Positions 49,381 to 62,380 of a stretch of 64,000 bases of DNA are shown here, in pieces. The stretch spans positions 43,712,001 through 43,776,000 of the forward strand of contig NC_045697.1 of the NCBI RefSeq assembly GCF_009834535.1. The letters are read 5' to 3'. The position numbers and the translations under genes were made by a program. This stretch comes from Camelus ferus. Taxonomy: Eukaryota. The notes beneath the pieces were generated by a model. That model saw only the letters and a list, made by a program, of their open reading frames with translations, was not told the origin of the DNA and did no database searches. Each line of letters opens with the position of its first letter. Position 1 is the first letter of the stretch.

Positions 49381-51199
49381 AAATTAAAGTAATTTGCAGA
49401 GCAGGGATTTAGACCCAGGCAATCTCAATCTAAAGTCTGTGCTCTTAACCATGATACAGTATTGTCTTGGTAGAATTTGTCCGTTTTGTCTCTTGCGAGT
49501 ATTCCTTTCACCTGGCATTTCTGTCCCCAGCATGACACCTGACCCCTTCACATGAGGCGCAGTACAGCATCCTGATGTCCTGGTGGACTCCCGGGCTGCA
49601 CTGCACAGATTCCATTTGTTACAGCTAAAAAGACTGTAAAAGAGCAGCTGGCCCACCTGCTGGCTGCTTGTGTGCAGCCACTGAAGTATGCTCCCGAGGT
49701 CCATGGTCCAGTCTTCAGTGCTTTAAAATCTGGAAACCCAGGTTTTATTAGTTTCCCCAAGTGAATAAGGCTGTAAGAGAGCCCTGATTCTTCCTAACCA
49801 ATTTATAAGAGGCTGATTAATAATCCCAATTTAATGTATTAATTTAAGATTAGAGATAGCATGTTAGTGGGGTACTTTTACAGAAACTAGAATGCCTGTA
49901 TCTGCAGCCCAGGACCATCTCCCTCGCCCCCAGTCAGTGTCTCTCCAGGTCAGTTCAGTCGAAAGTCTGTACCAAGGGTAATGATGGGAGATGTGTCCTA
50001 AAAGATATTAAAGTGGAAAGAAATTGAAACAGTTAGCTCTAGAGAAGAAGAGAAATGCAGATTAGTGAGAAAAGAGTGTAGAATAAAAACATTCAAAATA
50101 CATTTAAGAACTTAATATATAATCAACATGTTTTTTTTAGGTTTTTTTTTTAAATCATTCTTTTTTTTCAAGTCATTCTTTTCTTTTTTTTCTTCCAGTG
50201 TTATTGAGATGTAATTGACATACAACACTGTATACTTTTGGGGGGAGGGGAGAGGTAAATAGATGCATTTGGCTCACTTTAAAGCAGGCTTTCACTAAGA
50301 TTGATGTTTGGTTTCCTTCCATCTGTATTGTGAAACCAAGGTCTTGGTCTTTAATATTTGTTCTTGGGTTTTTTCTCCACATGGTCACAGGGGAGTAGGA
50401 AGGGAGTTTTGCATGAATTAGTCCAGCTCTTCATATAGCTCTGAAGTTCACCTTTCAAGACTCCTGCAGCAAGAGGAAGCCTTCAGAAACTGGAACGACC
50501 TTGGAAAGTTGCGTTCATCCATCACTTGGGCCCGAGCTGATGCAGTCCAGAGTGACCTCGAGGGGGCTTCCACTTTTATAGTCAACAGGCTGCACTTTAG
50601 TTGTTCCAGCCCGTGCAGACACACTAAATCAAAATTAAGTATTAACGATGGCAGCGTCTGTGCCATTCTGCTGGGGAAACTAAAATGCAGAGAAACGAGG
50701 CTCTAACAGCTGTCAGTAATTGGGCACTGCCTTCCCCTGTGCCCTGGCTTCCTCGATTTACTCCAGCACCTACTATCATTTACAGCCCTGCTGCCAAAAA
50801 GGCTCACCTTTGCCAAGATATTGGGCTGGAGGAACATGAGTTCTTGCAGGAGAGGCTCAAAGTCCTTGAGACAGGCACAGAAGAAGGCCATGAGTCCACA
50901 GCAGGAAGCGGTGAGGACACTGTGATGCCTCACTCAGAGGTACCACGTGTAGAACAAGCTCACAGGGGCTGCATCTGCCCTCCTGTTACTAACGCAGCGT
51001 GTATTTTAGGTGGAGGCTGACTTGTGAGGTGACCTTTTTATCTTCTCCTTCGGAATGAGCATGTTCCAGCAGGTGCTGCCGAAACTTCTTGTCAATTCAG
51101 CAGAGAAGGAGTTCTTCCCATTATTTAGTCCAAATGTGTAATTGGTGTGTTACTAATTCTTAATGGCTAGTGGTCCCACTCATCCATAGTAGTCAGCTG

Positions 51200-51662
51200 G
51201 ATTCCTCTATCCGATACAGACGGCTAGACGGGCTAAGACCAGGCGTCCCATCCCAGAGTTCCTCTCTTCCACAGTGAACTTCAGTGATCTCTGTTGAATA
51301 AGAAAGTTGAATTCCGCTCTTGGAAACAGGTGCCCTGGCTGGTCTCTGCTCAAATTGTAGGGAAATGGTTCCAATGATTCCAAGACATTCTCACAAACTT
51401 TCTAATCTCCTCTTCATTCTGCTAAAAACCCTTTTCTCTTTCTTAAAGAAACCTATTTGTTCTTCCCATAAAAGTCTTTTCTCCGCCGTCCCTTTCTTTT
51501 ACTAGTTGAGATACAAATTCTAACCACCCTTTTGAGTTATCCATTGCTGAGCCCTCCCAAGTATATGCAAATAAACTCTGTCTTCTCTCTTTTGTCAGTC
51601 ACATTCGCAGTCCTTCAGGTACTGAACCTAAGAGGGTAGAGGAAAAATTTTTCCTTTCCAAC
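51200..51662 (+). mobile_element. ERV1-class (MER4-group-like) solo LTR
   Basis: TATA-like cataaaa, then AATAAA, then 3' end GAACCTAAGAGGGTAGAGGAAAAATTTTTCC; 5' boundary uncertain. Confidence 0.6.
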
Positions 51663-53282
51663 CAGCCAATGAGAGGCACTGGCAGAAGACAGGGCAGCAC
51701 ATCTGGCTCTGTCTCCTTCAACTTTCCAGCTTCTGCGAGATGGTTCCTCTGTGGCCTCAGCTCCTCAGGCGGCCTCCTGTGCGGTTAGTTCCCACAGAAG
51801 GTGGAGGTCCTGGCTCCTGGACTCCTGCCTTCCCCCAGGGACCACCTCCTTCCTGGATCTCTCTAGCCCTGCAGGCAATAGCAGCTTTCCATTGTTGCTC
51901 TATATGGCTTGCCTCTGTGCCATTTGACTTTTCCACACTTTTGTATTAGTTGTCTACATCATATTCCCTCAACTGAACTGTTTGGGATGGGCTCTGTTTT
52001 CCAAACTGCACCCTCTCTGATAAAACAGAGTCACAGCATGGCCCTCCTCACCACGTGCAGGGCCTTTCCTCTGTCAGCCATCCTTAAACTCTTTGCAAGA
52101 ACAGGAATCAATGTTTTAAGGACAGTAAGAACTCAAGAAGCATGGACTGGCTGGCAAAGGAAGTAACAACTAAGCTGTCTGGCCATGGTGTGTGTCCATA
52201 GCCATGAGTAAGGAAAAACACAGAGAAGAAAGATGGAGTCCAGAGGGCTAAAGGGAAATATTGGGGCCAGCTTCCAGAATCTGAACACTGCTGAAAATCT
52301 TCCTCTGATCCTACTGTGGAAACTAGAAGGGTATCAATTTAGGAAACATGTCAATCACAGAGTTTGGTACCTGCTGAAGTTGCTTTACACAACTTATACT
52401 TTCTATTGAGGGTCACCTGTGCACAGCAGAGGATGTAAAGGTGAGTCTGACAGGATCTGATCCTTAGGAAACGTAGCTTAGTAGCAGAGAGAAGGCATCC
52501 TTGTAAATAACTATAACAAAAGTGATTAAGGGGTGGATCTTAAGAGCAGAGGTAGAAGCTCAGTGCTGAGGGAGATTAGAAGAGGATGTTAAGACCATCT
52601 CCCTGATCCATTTGGGGGAAAAAGGAAAGCATGGAGAGTGTGCAAGTGCTGTGTGCCACTTGCTTGCTGAATTCCCAAACATGGCTTGGACGACTGACAT
52701 AAACAAAGAACTCAGAAGATGGCTTCAGGCATGGCTAGATCCAGGACTCAAATTTTCTTCCCCAGAAAAAACCTGTCTCTTTTTATCTTAATTCTGCTTC
52801 CCTCCCCCTACCCCCACAATTGCTTCCATTCTCAGTCAGGCTTATCCTCACAGCTAAGTAAAACCAACCAAAAAAGAATTCCTCTTTCATGCTTTTCATG
52901 GCAGCTAGAAGGATGAGCGATCGAACATATCCAAGGCCTACAAGACAACTCCTAATGCTACAATGGTTTGGGTCATAACCCCCCTCCCTGGCCTGACTGA
53001 GAACGATAATCAAAATGTTGTTATTAAATTTAGAAGAAAAAAAAAAGGAGGCTGGCTGCTGGGCTGGTACAGAGATGTCTTCCACTTAGAGGACTGGGTC
53101 TAAGTTCATCTGAGAATGGCAGTGTTATGTCCATGCATCAGCAAACATTACTGCAACATGCATCAGACAGCAGACTACATCAGGCAAGGCTCATGTAGTG
53201 AGAACAGAAGGCTTACGGACATCCCCAACCAGTCGAGGCTCAACTATCTGTTTGGGTTGTGTGTCTTGACAATTGGTCTAGG

Positions 53283-53495
53283 CTAGTAGTTTTCAGTGGC
53301 GGGTGGTTCCAGTCCCCATGCCACCCGGGACGTTTTTAGCTGTCATCGGTTGCATGTGGGGGATGTCCTACTGGCATCTAGTGGGTAGAGACCAGGGATG
53401 CTGCTAAACATCCTACAGAGCACAGCACAGTTCCCACCAGGAAGAATTATCTGTTCCCAAAAATGTTAATAGTCACACTCAAAAAATCCTGGTCT
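53283..53495. mobile_element. MER20 DNA transposon
   Basis: ctactggcatctagtgggtagagaccagggatgctgctaaacatcctacagagcacag. Confidence 0.8.
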
Positions 53496-54339
53496 AGGCA
53501 GTCAGAAAAGAGTATGTTTCTGCTGTTTTGCCAAAAAGGGAAAACTGTAAACTTGACATTTGCTGAATTTTTTTTTTTTTTTTTTTTTTTTTTGCTCATT
53601 ATCTGACACAAATTAAGTGAGTTGGTAATTACCCCACAGTATGTATGAGGGTGAATAAGAGGCTTAATTCTTGTCAGAAAGACCCTCCCTACCACCATTT
53701 TAGAATTTCTTTCTCTGTCTCTTTCAAACGTATGTAAATCTTTTAAATGGCTAAATAAGCTTCTTGCTGGTCTCACAAAGACCTGGGAGCCATCTCTATG
53801 AAATGTTTCGTCAAGGAAGACAGCATCCTCTCTCCCACTTTCCCAGGAGGAGACAGGCCTCGCGGTCATCTGCCCCCCAAACGCCGACTGCACCTTGCAA
53901 AGCCGACCTGCCGCTGGGACAGCACCATCTCTGCTGTGAGTAATGAGGTGGCTTCCTGTCTCCACCACCTCTTAGCAGGTAGACTGACATGCACTCCACA
54001 TCCTACTTTATGCTATTCACTGATCCAATTGTTTCCTTTTTCTTCTTTGTAAAGAGGTTTTCTGGGTTGTGAAGAGACTTTTGTTTTTAATTCTGTTTCT
54101 CCACCAAATGCCAGTTGGTGAGAGTGGTTAAAGGGCAAACTGTCAGAGACACACATTGCTCCATGGTTTTCTGATAAGGGTATTTCACACCAATTTGTTG
54201 TTACTTTCCTTTCATCTTGATTCACTTCACGATTAAGTTCTCTGTTGGTTAAATGTTCTTATAACCTGTCCTTAACCAAATTATCATAAACAATAATATT
54301 GTTTTCAGATAACTTGTATGTGATCTTAAAAATCACTTT

Positions 54340-54530
54340 TGGTTGATAATAATGTGCCCATGTTGGTTCATTGATTGTACCAAATATGCCACACTGATGA
54401 GGGATGTTGAGGGTAGGGGAGTATATATGTGTGAGTGGGGAGGGCTATGTGCCAACTCTCCAAACTTTCTGCTCAGTTCTGCTGTGAACCTGAAACTGCT
54501 CTAAAAGAATAAAATCTATTTTAAAAAATC
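54340..54530 (+). mobile_element. Old L1 (L1MB/MC-like) 3' end
   Basis: ctttctgctcagttctgctgtgaacctgaaactgctctaaaagaataaaatctattttaaaaaa. Confidence 0.7.
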
Positions 54531-55409
54531 TCCTTTGTTCCAAAAGGAAGTTTTGCTGTTTCATATTCCTTCAAAGAAATCATTCTATTCCTTTCAAAAT
54601 TTTTCCTTTCTTTTACTAATAGGAGCTATACTTAATAAAAATAATTCCCATAGCTGGGCTCTAGTGATTAGCTTGTGTACTTTTGTGAAAAATAAAATGA
54701 AATAAAATGAACTCTGGCTTCAGGTTTGGAAACCAAATGTTGAACCTCTGCATAGATTGCAAAATCCCAGAGGAAACAGCTTTACCTTCTGCTACCTGCA
54801 TAACCATCCAAAGAACAAGGAGTGCTGAATGTGCAAGAAATACTTAAAAGCAATGTCAAATCTGGATAGAAGGTAGAACAAAAATAAAAAAAACAACAAC
54901 AACAAAATCCCCAGCTCACAAGAGTGGTCTCGAGGACATGGCCTATCTTCTATTTTTAATTACTTACTTTTGTTTTTTAAATATTTATTGTGGAGAAAAG
55001 AGCTTTTTTTTTTTTTCATTATAATACTAACATTCACTGCTGAAAATTTAGGAAATAAAGAAAAACCAAAATAAGGAAATTCATAAATGGTCTCCTCCAG
55101 AAATAACTCATGCTGACACTTCGGTATGTATTCTTTTCTTCTTCCTGTGCAAACATCTACATTTTAATAATGTAACTGAATATGCTGCCCATTACTCCTG
55201 TGGAAGAGAGAGAGGGGTCACTGTGGACATCTGGGGTTCACATGTGCTCCAGCAGTTGCTAGAATCGGATGACAGCAATAATGATCAGCCTTTTTTGGGC
55301 AGAATCACCCATCCTTGTTAAGATAATGTGCTGGGATGTTTACATTGGTACAAAGTCAAGCCACACAGCCACAAATGAAAAAAAATAGCTCTCTTTTCCA
55401 AAACCATTA

Positions 55410-55950
55410 TAGGGAAGGAAAAACTTTTCCCCCTCCTCACTTATGTTTAATGCCTGGGACCTGTGAACTAAATTGACCGAAGAGTAACAGGAGAAAAAGT
55501 TTTACTGGTATACCCACAGAAGCCAAGAAAAGAAGCAGATGGCTAGTTAACTGGTTAAAATTGGAGGCTTACATGTCTAACAGCTTCTATGGGAAGAATA
55601 AATGCATTTCTTTAGGACAGACAAATGGATTTTTAGGAGAATAAATGTGAGTTGAGAAAGTTTGTAATAATGTTTGTTTAGGCAGGTACAGTGGCCTGTC
55701 TGTCCTCTTCATGGTCATGAAACACCCCTGGAGAGGGGATGTGTGGTAGATTTACTCTTAGTCTCTCTCCTGGGAGTGGAAACCACCCCAAAGAGACTTT
55801 ATGGCAGCCTCATTTCTCAGAAGTTTCTGCTCTTGGTCAGATAAGGGAGCTCCGAGAAGGCTTTTTCTCTGCATCTGTTGAATCTCAAATGTCTTCAGCT
55901 TAAAATACTCTTTAGACCAACTCAGGGCTCTGAGCAGGTCCCCACACCTT
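55410..55950 (-). mobile_element. ERV1-class (MER34/39-like) solo LTR, antisense
   Basis: Begins tagggaaggaaaaacttttcc (reverse of an LTR 3' end) and contains ctgcatctgttgaatctcaaatgtcttcagcttaaaata. Confidence 0.55.
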
Positions 55951-56429
55951 CAAGAAGGGAAAATCAACAACATGGTGGATGCCAATACTTTGTGAATCAT
56001 GGCACTGGGCTGGGTCCACAGGTTGGTTCTGATTAATCCCATTTTACAAAGCGTCAACTAGAGGCTCAGAGAAGTTAGACCATGGACCCAATCATCTGAG
56101 CGAAATTGTATTAGAGGATCTTTGAACCATTCTTCTTTTATTCAACAAATATTTGGTGACTGAATCCTATGTGGCAGGTTTTATACAGGCACTGAGGATG
56201 CAGATAATAAGTTGCTCCTGCCTTCAAGGCACTGCAGCATAAGGGGAAGTCAGAGCAGAGTGCTGATTGCTGTGCAAGGAACAAACAGGTGCTGCGCTAG
56301 GGACAGGTACTGTGCACACAGGTAGAGGCAGGTGCTGGAGAAACACGGAGGAGGAACATCTGCATCAGCCAGCTGGCTGTCAGCCTTCTGGCTGAATCCG
56401 GTCCTCACATGTATCTTGACCTATACAGT

Positions 56430-56791
56430 TGTTATGGATTGAACTGTGTCCTCTAAAAAGATGTGCTGAAGTCTTAACCGCAGCACCTCACAATGTGACC
56501 TTCTCTGGAAATAGGCTGTTGCAGAAGTAACTAGTTAAGATGAGGTGATAGTGGAGGAGGCTGGGCCCTACGTCCTGTGTCACTGATGTCCTCATAAGAA
56601 GATGATGTGAAGATACAGGGCGAGAATGTCACGGTGGAGGCAGAGACGGGAGTCATGCGTCCTCAAGCCAAGGATGGCCCAGCTACTCCTTGAGTTCAGA
56701 CTTCTAGCCCCAGAAATGTGAGAACACATTTCTGTTGGTTTAAGCCACACAGTTGTGGCCCTGAGTTCCACAGCCCTAGGAAACAAATACA
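56430..56791 (+). mobile_element. MLT1 (MaLR) solo LTR
   Basis: TGTTATGGATTGAACTGTGTCC...cagacttctagccccagaaatgtgagaac...cagccctaggaaacaaatACA. Confidence 0.82.
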
Positions 56792-57475
56792 ATAGTGCAA
56801 TATCTAAAAAAGTCATTTGATGACGTTGGTGGTGATGCTTCTTTCCCATACTGGGTCTCCTCTTTGCATGGAAGGAGGGAGCTCTGAAATTCCAACGCTC
56901 CTGACTATCTGATCTTCTCCACCCCTCACTCACTCCTCCCCAGCCAAGGAGGAGTAAATTGCAATTGCTGAGTCTGGGATAAGGAGCAGGGCTGGGGTCC
57001 TAGGTCCCTTGGCTCAGTTTCCTCTTTGAATGACTCTGCCCTCAGGGCAACTCTCTCCTGTTCAGATCTTCTGGGCTATGAATTGTTTCAGGCTGACCTC
57101 CCTTTGGGGGTGGGTCTTTGGGTGGGTTCTCCAGAAACAGAACTGGAGGTGTTCAATTGCTTTATTGGGGGAGAGCTCTCAAGAGACACAGGGCAGGAAA
57201 GGGGAATAGAATGAGGCAAGCACGTGGTCTCCACTGAAGCCCGGCTCGGTCTAATCCCACGGAGAAGCTTGGGAGCACAGATTGCAACACAGAATTAGTC
57301 CTTTTGAGGCTGTTTGTTCCATCATTCATCAGTCAGTCACTGGACAACTCAGGGACGGGCAAGAGCATGGGAGAGCCTCCAGGGCAGCACAGCTGTGGCC
57401 AAGGGCCATTCTCTAGCAAAGGCAGCAAGTGTGGGATGTTATCAGCCCCCACTCCCAGCAACTAGGGGATTGGAT

Positions 57476-57523
57476 CACACACACACACACACACACACAC
57501 AAACCCCAACACACACACACACA
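57476..57523. repeat. (CA)n microsatellite, interrupted
   Basis: cacacac...aaacccca acacacac. Confidence 0.9.
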
Positions 57524-57579
57524 TATCCCGGCCACCTCGGAGACAGGAGGAAGGAAAAAGGGCGCCACCATTAGAAGAA

Positions 57580-57800
57580 TGACAGCCATTGAGGATACAA
57601 CAAACTGGTTAGAACCTACTAAGCCAAATGGCAGAAGATCTGACTTCCAGTGTGTATCTCTCTAAATAAACCTGTTTTCACTTTACTATGGCTCGCTCTT
57701 GAATTCTTTCCTGCAAGAAGCCAAGGACCCTCACTTGATGGGGCACGTCCCCTGGGACTTGCTTGAGACCTGGGACACGACCATCCTCTCGCATCATGTT
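57580..57800 (+). mobile_element. ERV1-type LTR fragment (R/U5)
   Basis: aataaacctgttttcactttac...gctcgctcttgaattctttcctgcaagaagccaaggaccc, typical of ERV1 LTR U5; downstream 57800-58440 may be ERV leader. Confidence 0.5.
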
Positions 57801-58474
57801 TTCGGGCGGCAGCTCCACTCCAGGGAGCCTGCTGTGGTCCTGCACTGCTTCTGTCTGGGTAGGCAGACGTGTGTATCTGGGGGAAATAATCGGGAAGAAC
57901 CACAGCCAGGAGCAGCCCCTTCCCCCTGAGGTGCCTTCTAGTGAAAGAGTCGAACAAAGTGTTCTCTGCAAAGGAGTGATGCAAGGGTCTAGCCTGTCAT
58001 CACCGAGCTGATCACAGAGTGGATTTTGAGCTTGATCGGCAATAAGTCGGTAACTGGTGCACACACTAAGACCATGTTTGGACACTAAACCTTCCTTGGC
58101 TTTTCTTCTTTTCCTCCATTCTTTTTGAGTGTTTATAATACTTATCCCCAGATTCACCTCTCTCTTTCGCTCCGGCCGGTAGGGCGAGGCTGGCTGGGTA
58201 CGTGCCACAGTCCTCACACCACCAGGAGGCTCTGAGCCACTGACGGGGACAGAAGTGGCACGATGAACAGTATAAGAAAACCCATTTTGCGCAGCCCTGA
58301 AACCTGTGCCCTTTGGAGGTGCTGGAAGGAATAGGGCTGAAGCCAACAGCCAAATGCTGCCAGACACCTGTCCTAGCAGTGATGCCTGCTTGAACTGTAC
58401 TGAGGAAAACAATGACGTTCTGTTTGTTGGGTTTGGTCTCAAAGGCTATGCTGCTGGTGACTTTCCTGGAGTCT

Positions 58475-58575
58475 ATTTGTTTGTTTGTTTATTTATTTAA
58501 TGAAGGTACTGGGGATTAAAGCCAGGAACTCGTTCATGCTAAGCATGCACCCTGCCACCGAGCTGTACCCACCGC
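58475..58575 (-). mobile_element. tRNA-Ala-derived SINE with TSD
   Basis: ggggattaaagccaggaactcgttcatgctaagcatgcaccctgccaccgagctgtacc; TSD cctggagtct at 58465-58474 and 58576-58585. Confidence 0.8.
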
Positions 58576-59829
58576 CCTGGAGTCTGTTTTAAGGGTGTCA
58601 AAGTAGACACCCTTAAAAGGTCTCTTTTGGCCTTAAACAAAACCAAAGGTCATAAATGTTGATGGTGGAAACATGGTAGTAATACTTTCTCATAAAAATA
58701 TATTCATATTAATTTATATTTTATACTAAAATAGATTTGAAAATAGATTTTCAAAAAATTAGCAAAAGAAAATAGAATAACATTATATTTTCCAAATAAT
58801 ATCTCTTTCATTGTCATAAAGGGAACACAGTGTTATTATTATCACCCGAAGATACAGAGGAGACTGTGCAAAGCACCAGATAAGGTATTTTTCCATTATG
58901 TTGTCTTGTTGATTGACCTCCGAGGTCAATTCCAAGTGATGTGCTCAGCCTGAACTTACAACTTCAGAGCTGAGTGAAGCTAACAGGCACAGAGCTCATT
59001 ATACTCCTCAACCATGCAAACAGAAGACCCCAAACTGCCCACTGGTAACATATACTTCCTATTCCTATATATTGGGAAATAGATTTACATTACCTGGCTT
59101 GCTGGATTTTTTTTAATGTTTTAATTGTGCACTTACATGTATCAGAAAAGCTATTCATTTTTTCCAAAGATCAATAGAAAAATGTACTAAAATTCAGCAA
59201 ATGGGATGATTTAAGAAATTATTATTCTTATATTCTTCCATTTCTGGGACCATTACCATTTGAAAGATTACTGGTAATTAGTGAAAACCATAATATATTA
59301 TATTTAGTGAAGGAAGTCACTGATCTTATTCTATGTATTTATGTCTACTTTTGTGAATGAAACAAATGCTTTAAAATGTTTGTTGCTTTGATGATACAGG
59401 TAAGTCTAGTGAGTAGACTGGGGACCACTGTGGAGTCTTTGGGTATCAGTGACTTCTCTGGCGCTTCATAAAATGGCCCGTTCTTAGTCTTCTTCCTGTT
59501 CGACTTCTTTGAAATCCCTGATTCTGTCAGTCCATCCCGTGCTCTTGTTTATTCTTGGGCTCCATAAAGATGCTGATTCTCTTCTCTCTGCACTACTTCG
59601 TATTTTCTGTTTGAGCCTCTTTCCCCTTTGAGCTGGTGTACACCAGACTGTCCCCACTCCCTCCTCGTCACTATGATCATCGGATCGAAACACAACTTAC
59701 TGGTTGTAGTTTCCAAATTCCTGCCCCCAAATTACCTTTCCCCAAAGGTTTCCGTGAACACCCAGTGAAACTCTCCTCTCTGTCTACAAGCCTGCAGCTG
59801 GGGCTCTTAGATAACGACGACACATCAGA

Positions 59830-59990
59830 AAACCTGGGCTCAAACCCCAGATTTACTCACTCCTTGTGTGAGCTCGAGGTTGTCACCTTACATCTCTGAA
59901 CCTCAGTTTCCTAATCTGTACAATGGAGATTTCTACCCTGTCTTGTGTGAAGGTCACATGAGATTATTCACATAAAAGCACATTGTAAAA
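59830..59990 (+). mobile_element. MIR fragment
   Basis: cctgggctcaaacccag...cacttacatctctgaacctcagtttcctaatctgtacaatggag. Confidence 0.7.
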
Positions 59991-61104
59991 GAATAACTGT
60001 TCCTCATCAAGATGTTACCAAAATGCAGGTATTTTTGAGGATAATTTATACTTACTGTTTCATTTGATTCTAACAACTCTGTAAGTATATATTCTTATTT
60101 CACAAAATGAGAGAAACTGGAGCTTAGAATGCTTAAGTATTTTACTTAAGGCTGCAAAGCTAGTACCAGGGCTGAGATGAAAACTTGTGCTTCGTTCCAA
60201 AGCCCACTCCCAAGCAATAGTGTTCTCGGTTGCAGGTGACAGAAACTGACACTGACTATTATGACAGAAGGACAGTGGGGGTAAACAGTATTGGCTTGAG
60301 GCCTGAGGACTAGACTTGGAAAATTAGCTAGAACCAAGGCAGTTCCAGGGAATAAAAAAGAAAGTGCATGAAGCCATCTTCGAGCCATGACAGTTGGGAG
60401 GGACACATGACACCCGACACTGCTGCCATCTCAACAGAGCATCACTGCAGTTGCCATGAACAACAGCTGGTTCCAGATTCAAAGCCCCAGATGAGCATCA
60501 GGTTGAGGTAGCCTGGAACAACATGGCCCCACCCTGGTTGCAGAGGGGTGGGAGGGGTGTCCTCCCATTTCCTCTCCCCCATCAGAGGGCGGGCACTGTG
60601 ACACGGCAGGCAGGGATTCCTGCACACGCCCCTGCCCCCCCCCCACACACTCACACACTCCCTTTCCTTCCCCCCTCCTCTGAGAAGGTGAAGTGTTTTC
60701 TCTCTTGTCCAAAGCTAATATCTTCCACTTTCTCCATCTCTCCTCTGATGTACACCTCTCCTCTCTACTTGTTTTCACTCCCCTCACAAAGGAATTCAAA
60801 TCCCTCTGGTCCCTACTGAGGAGATTCACACGATGGAGCTGCTGGTTTCCACCATAAATTCATGATTACCAACTTCAAATGGGCTCAGCCCTGCCCAGAA
60901 ATCAGACTACATTTCTCTGACCAACTCCCTCTTCCATTCAATAGAACAACTCTTTCAAACCTCCATACTGGTCAGAACTCTGAAAGATGTAAGGATCCAT
61001 TGTCCTCCAGGATGATGAGAAAAATATACCTTACCTGTCTCAGATGCAAAGGGCAAATGATTTCATCAGCCCCCAAAGCTAGGAGTGAAGCCAAATGGAG
61101 TCTG

Positions 61105-61368
61105 AAATATCATATGATATCCTTTTATGTGGAATCTAAAAAAAAAATACAAGTGAACTTATTTACAAAACAGAAGCAGACTCACAGACATAGAAAACAA
61201 ACTTACTGTTACCAAAGTGGGAGGGAGGGAGGGATAAGCCAGGAGTTTAGGATTAGCAGATACACACTACTGTATATAAAATAGATAAACAACAAGGCCC
61301 TACTGTCTAGCACAGGGAACTATATTCAATACCTTGTAATAACCTATAATGGAAAAGAATCAAAATAC

Positions 61369-61429
<61 letters not shown>

Positions 61430-61512
61430 GAATCACTTTGCTGTACATCAGTAACTAACAACATTGTAAATCAACTACACCTCAGTAAAAAAAAAAGAAA
61501 AAAGAAAAAAGA
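61105..61512 (+). mobile_element. L1 3' end with internal (TA)n expansion and A-rich tail
   Basis: aaatatcatatgatatcc...cagaagcagactcacagacatagaaaacaaactta...gaatcactttgctgtaca. Confidence 0.9.
61370..61427. repeat. (TA)n microsatellite, ~28 units
   Basis: Uninterrupted TA run inside the L1 3' UTR. Confidence 0.95.
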
Positions 61513-62051
61513 AAGAATCTGGAGGACACCAGAGGAGACCAGAGCAAGGAGGGAAGTAGATTTGCAAGTGAGCACCCTACGCCACCTCCAGGCAGACTGA
61601 GGGACGACCCAAGTGAAAACATAAAGAAATGTTTTACCATTCATGCTGGTGATGGTCTGAACCTACATGGGTCTTGCGGGCAAAGCAAGAGTTACAGAAA
61701 AAATACAACTTTATAAAGGACACATCATCACATATCAAATGAATAAAGAAAAGCATATTCAGAAGGTGATGTTGAGATAATTAATTTAAAATTTAGAGAA
61801 ATAAAAAAATTTAGAGAAACAAAAATGATTTAGGTTCTCATCTGAGTATCACCAAAATAAGCTCAAGGTACTTTAACTTATATAAATAGAACAAAAATTA
61901 AGAAGCTGTAATTGAAGAATTAAAGGAAAAATGGGCTAATTGACTACATTAAAAAAATTTTAACTTGTATGTTAAAATAAAGTTAGATTCGGGAAAAGTG
62001 TATTTGTTATGAGAAATTCTGGGGGCAAAATAATTTAGTTGGCAAAGGATT

Positions 62052-62380
62052 TGTTATGGGATGAATTGTGTTCCCCTAAACTCATATGTTGAAGCCCCAA
62101 CCACCCAGTACCTCAGAATATGACTGTATTTGGAGATGGGGCCTTTAAAGAGGTAGCTAAGGTAAAATGAGGCTGTTAGGATGGCTCTCAATCCAGGACC
62201 ACCTGAAGACACAGGGCGAAGACGGCCGTCCACAAGCCAAGGAGAGAAGCCTCCGTAGAAACCAGCCTGTCAACACCTTGACCTCAGACTTCTAACCTCC
62301 AGGACAGTGAGAAAATACATTTCTGTGTTTAAGCCACCCAGTCTGTGGGACTTCTTCACGACAGCCCTAGCAAACAAATG
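62052..62380 (+). mobile_element. MLT1 (MaLR) solo LTR
   Basis: TGTTATGGGATGAATTGTGTTCCC...ctcagaatatgactgtatttggagatggggcctttaaagagg...cagccctagcaaac. Confidence 0.85.
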
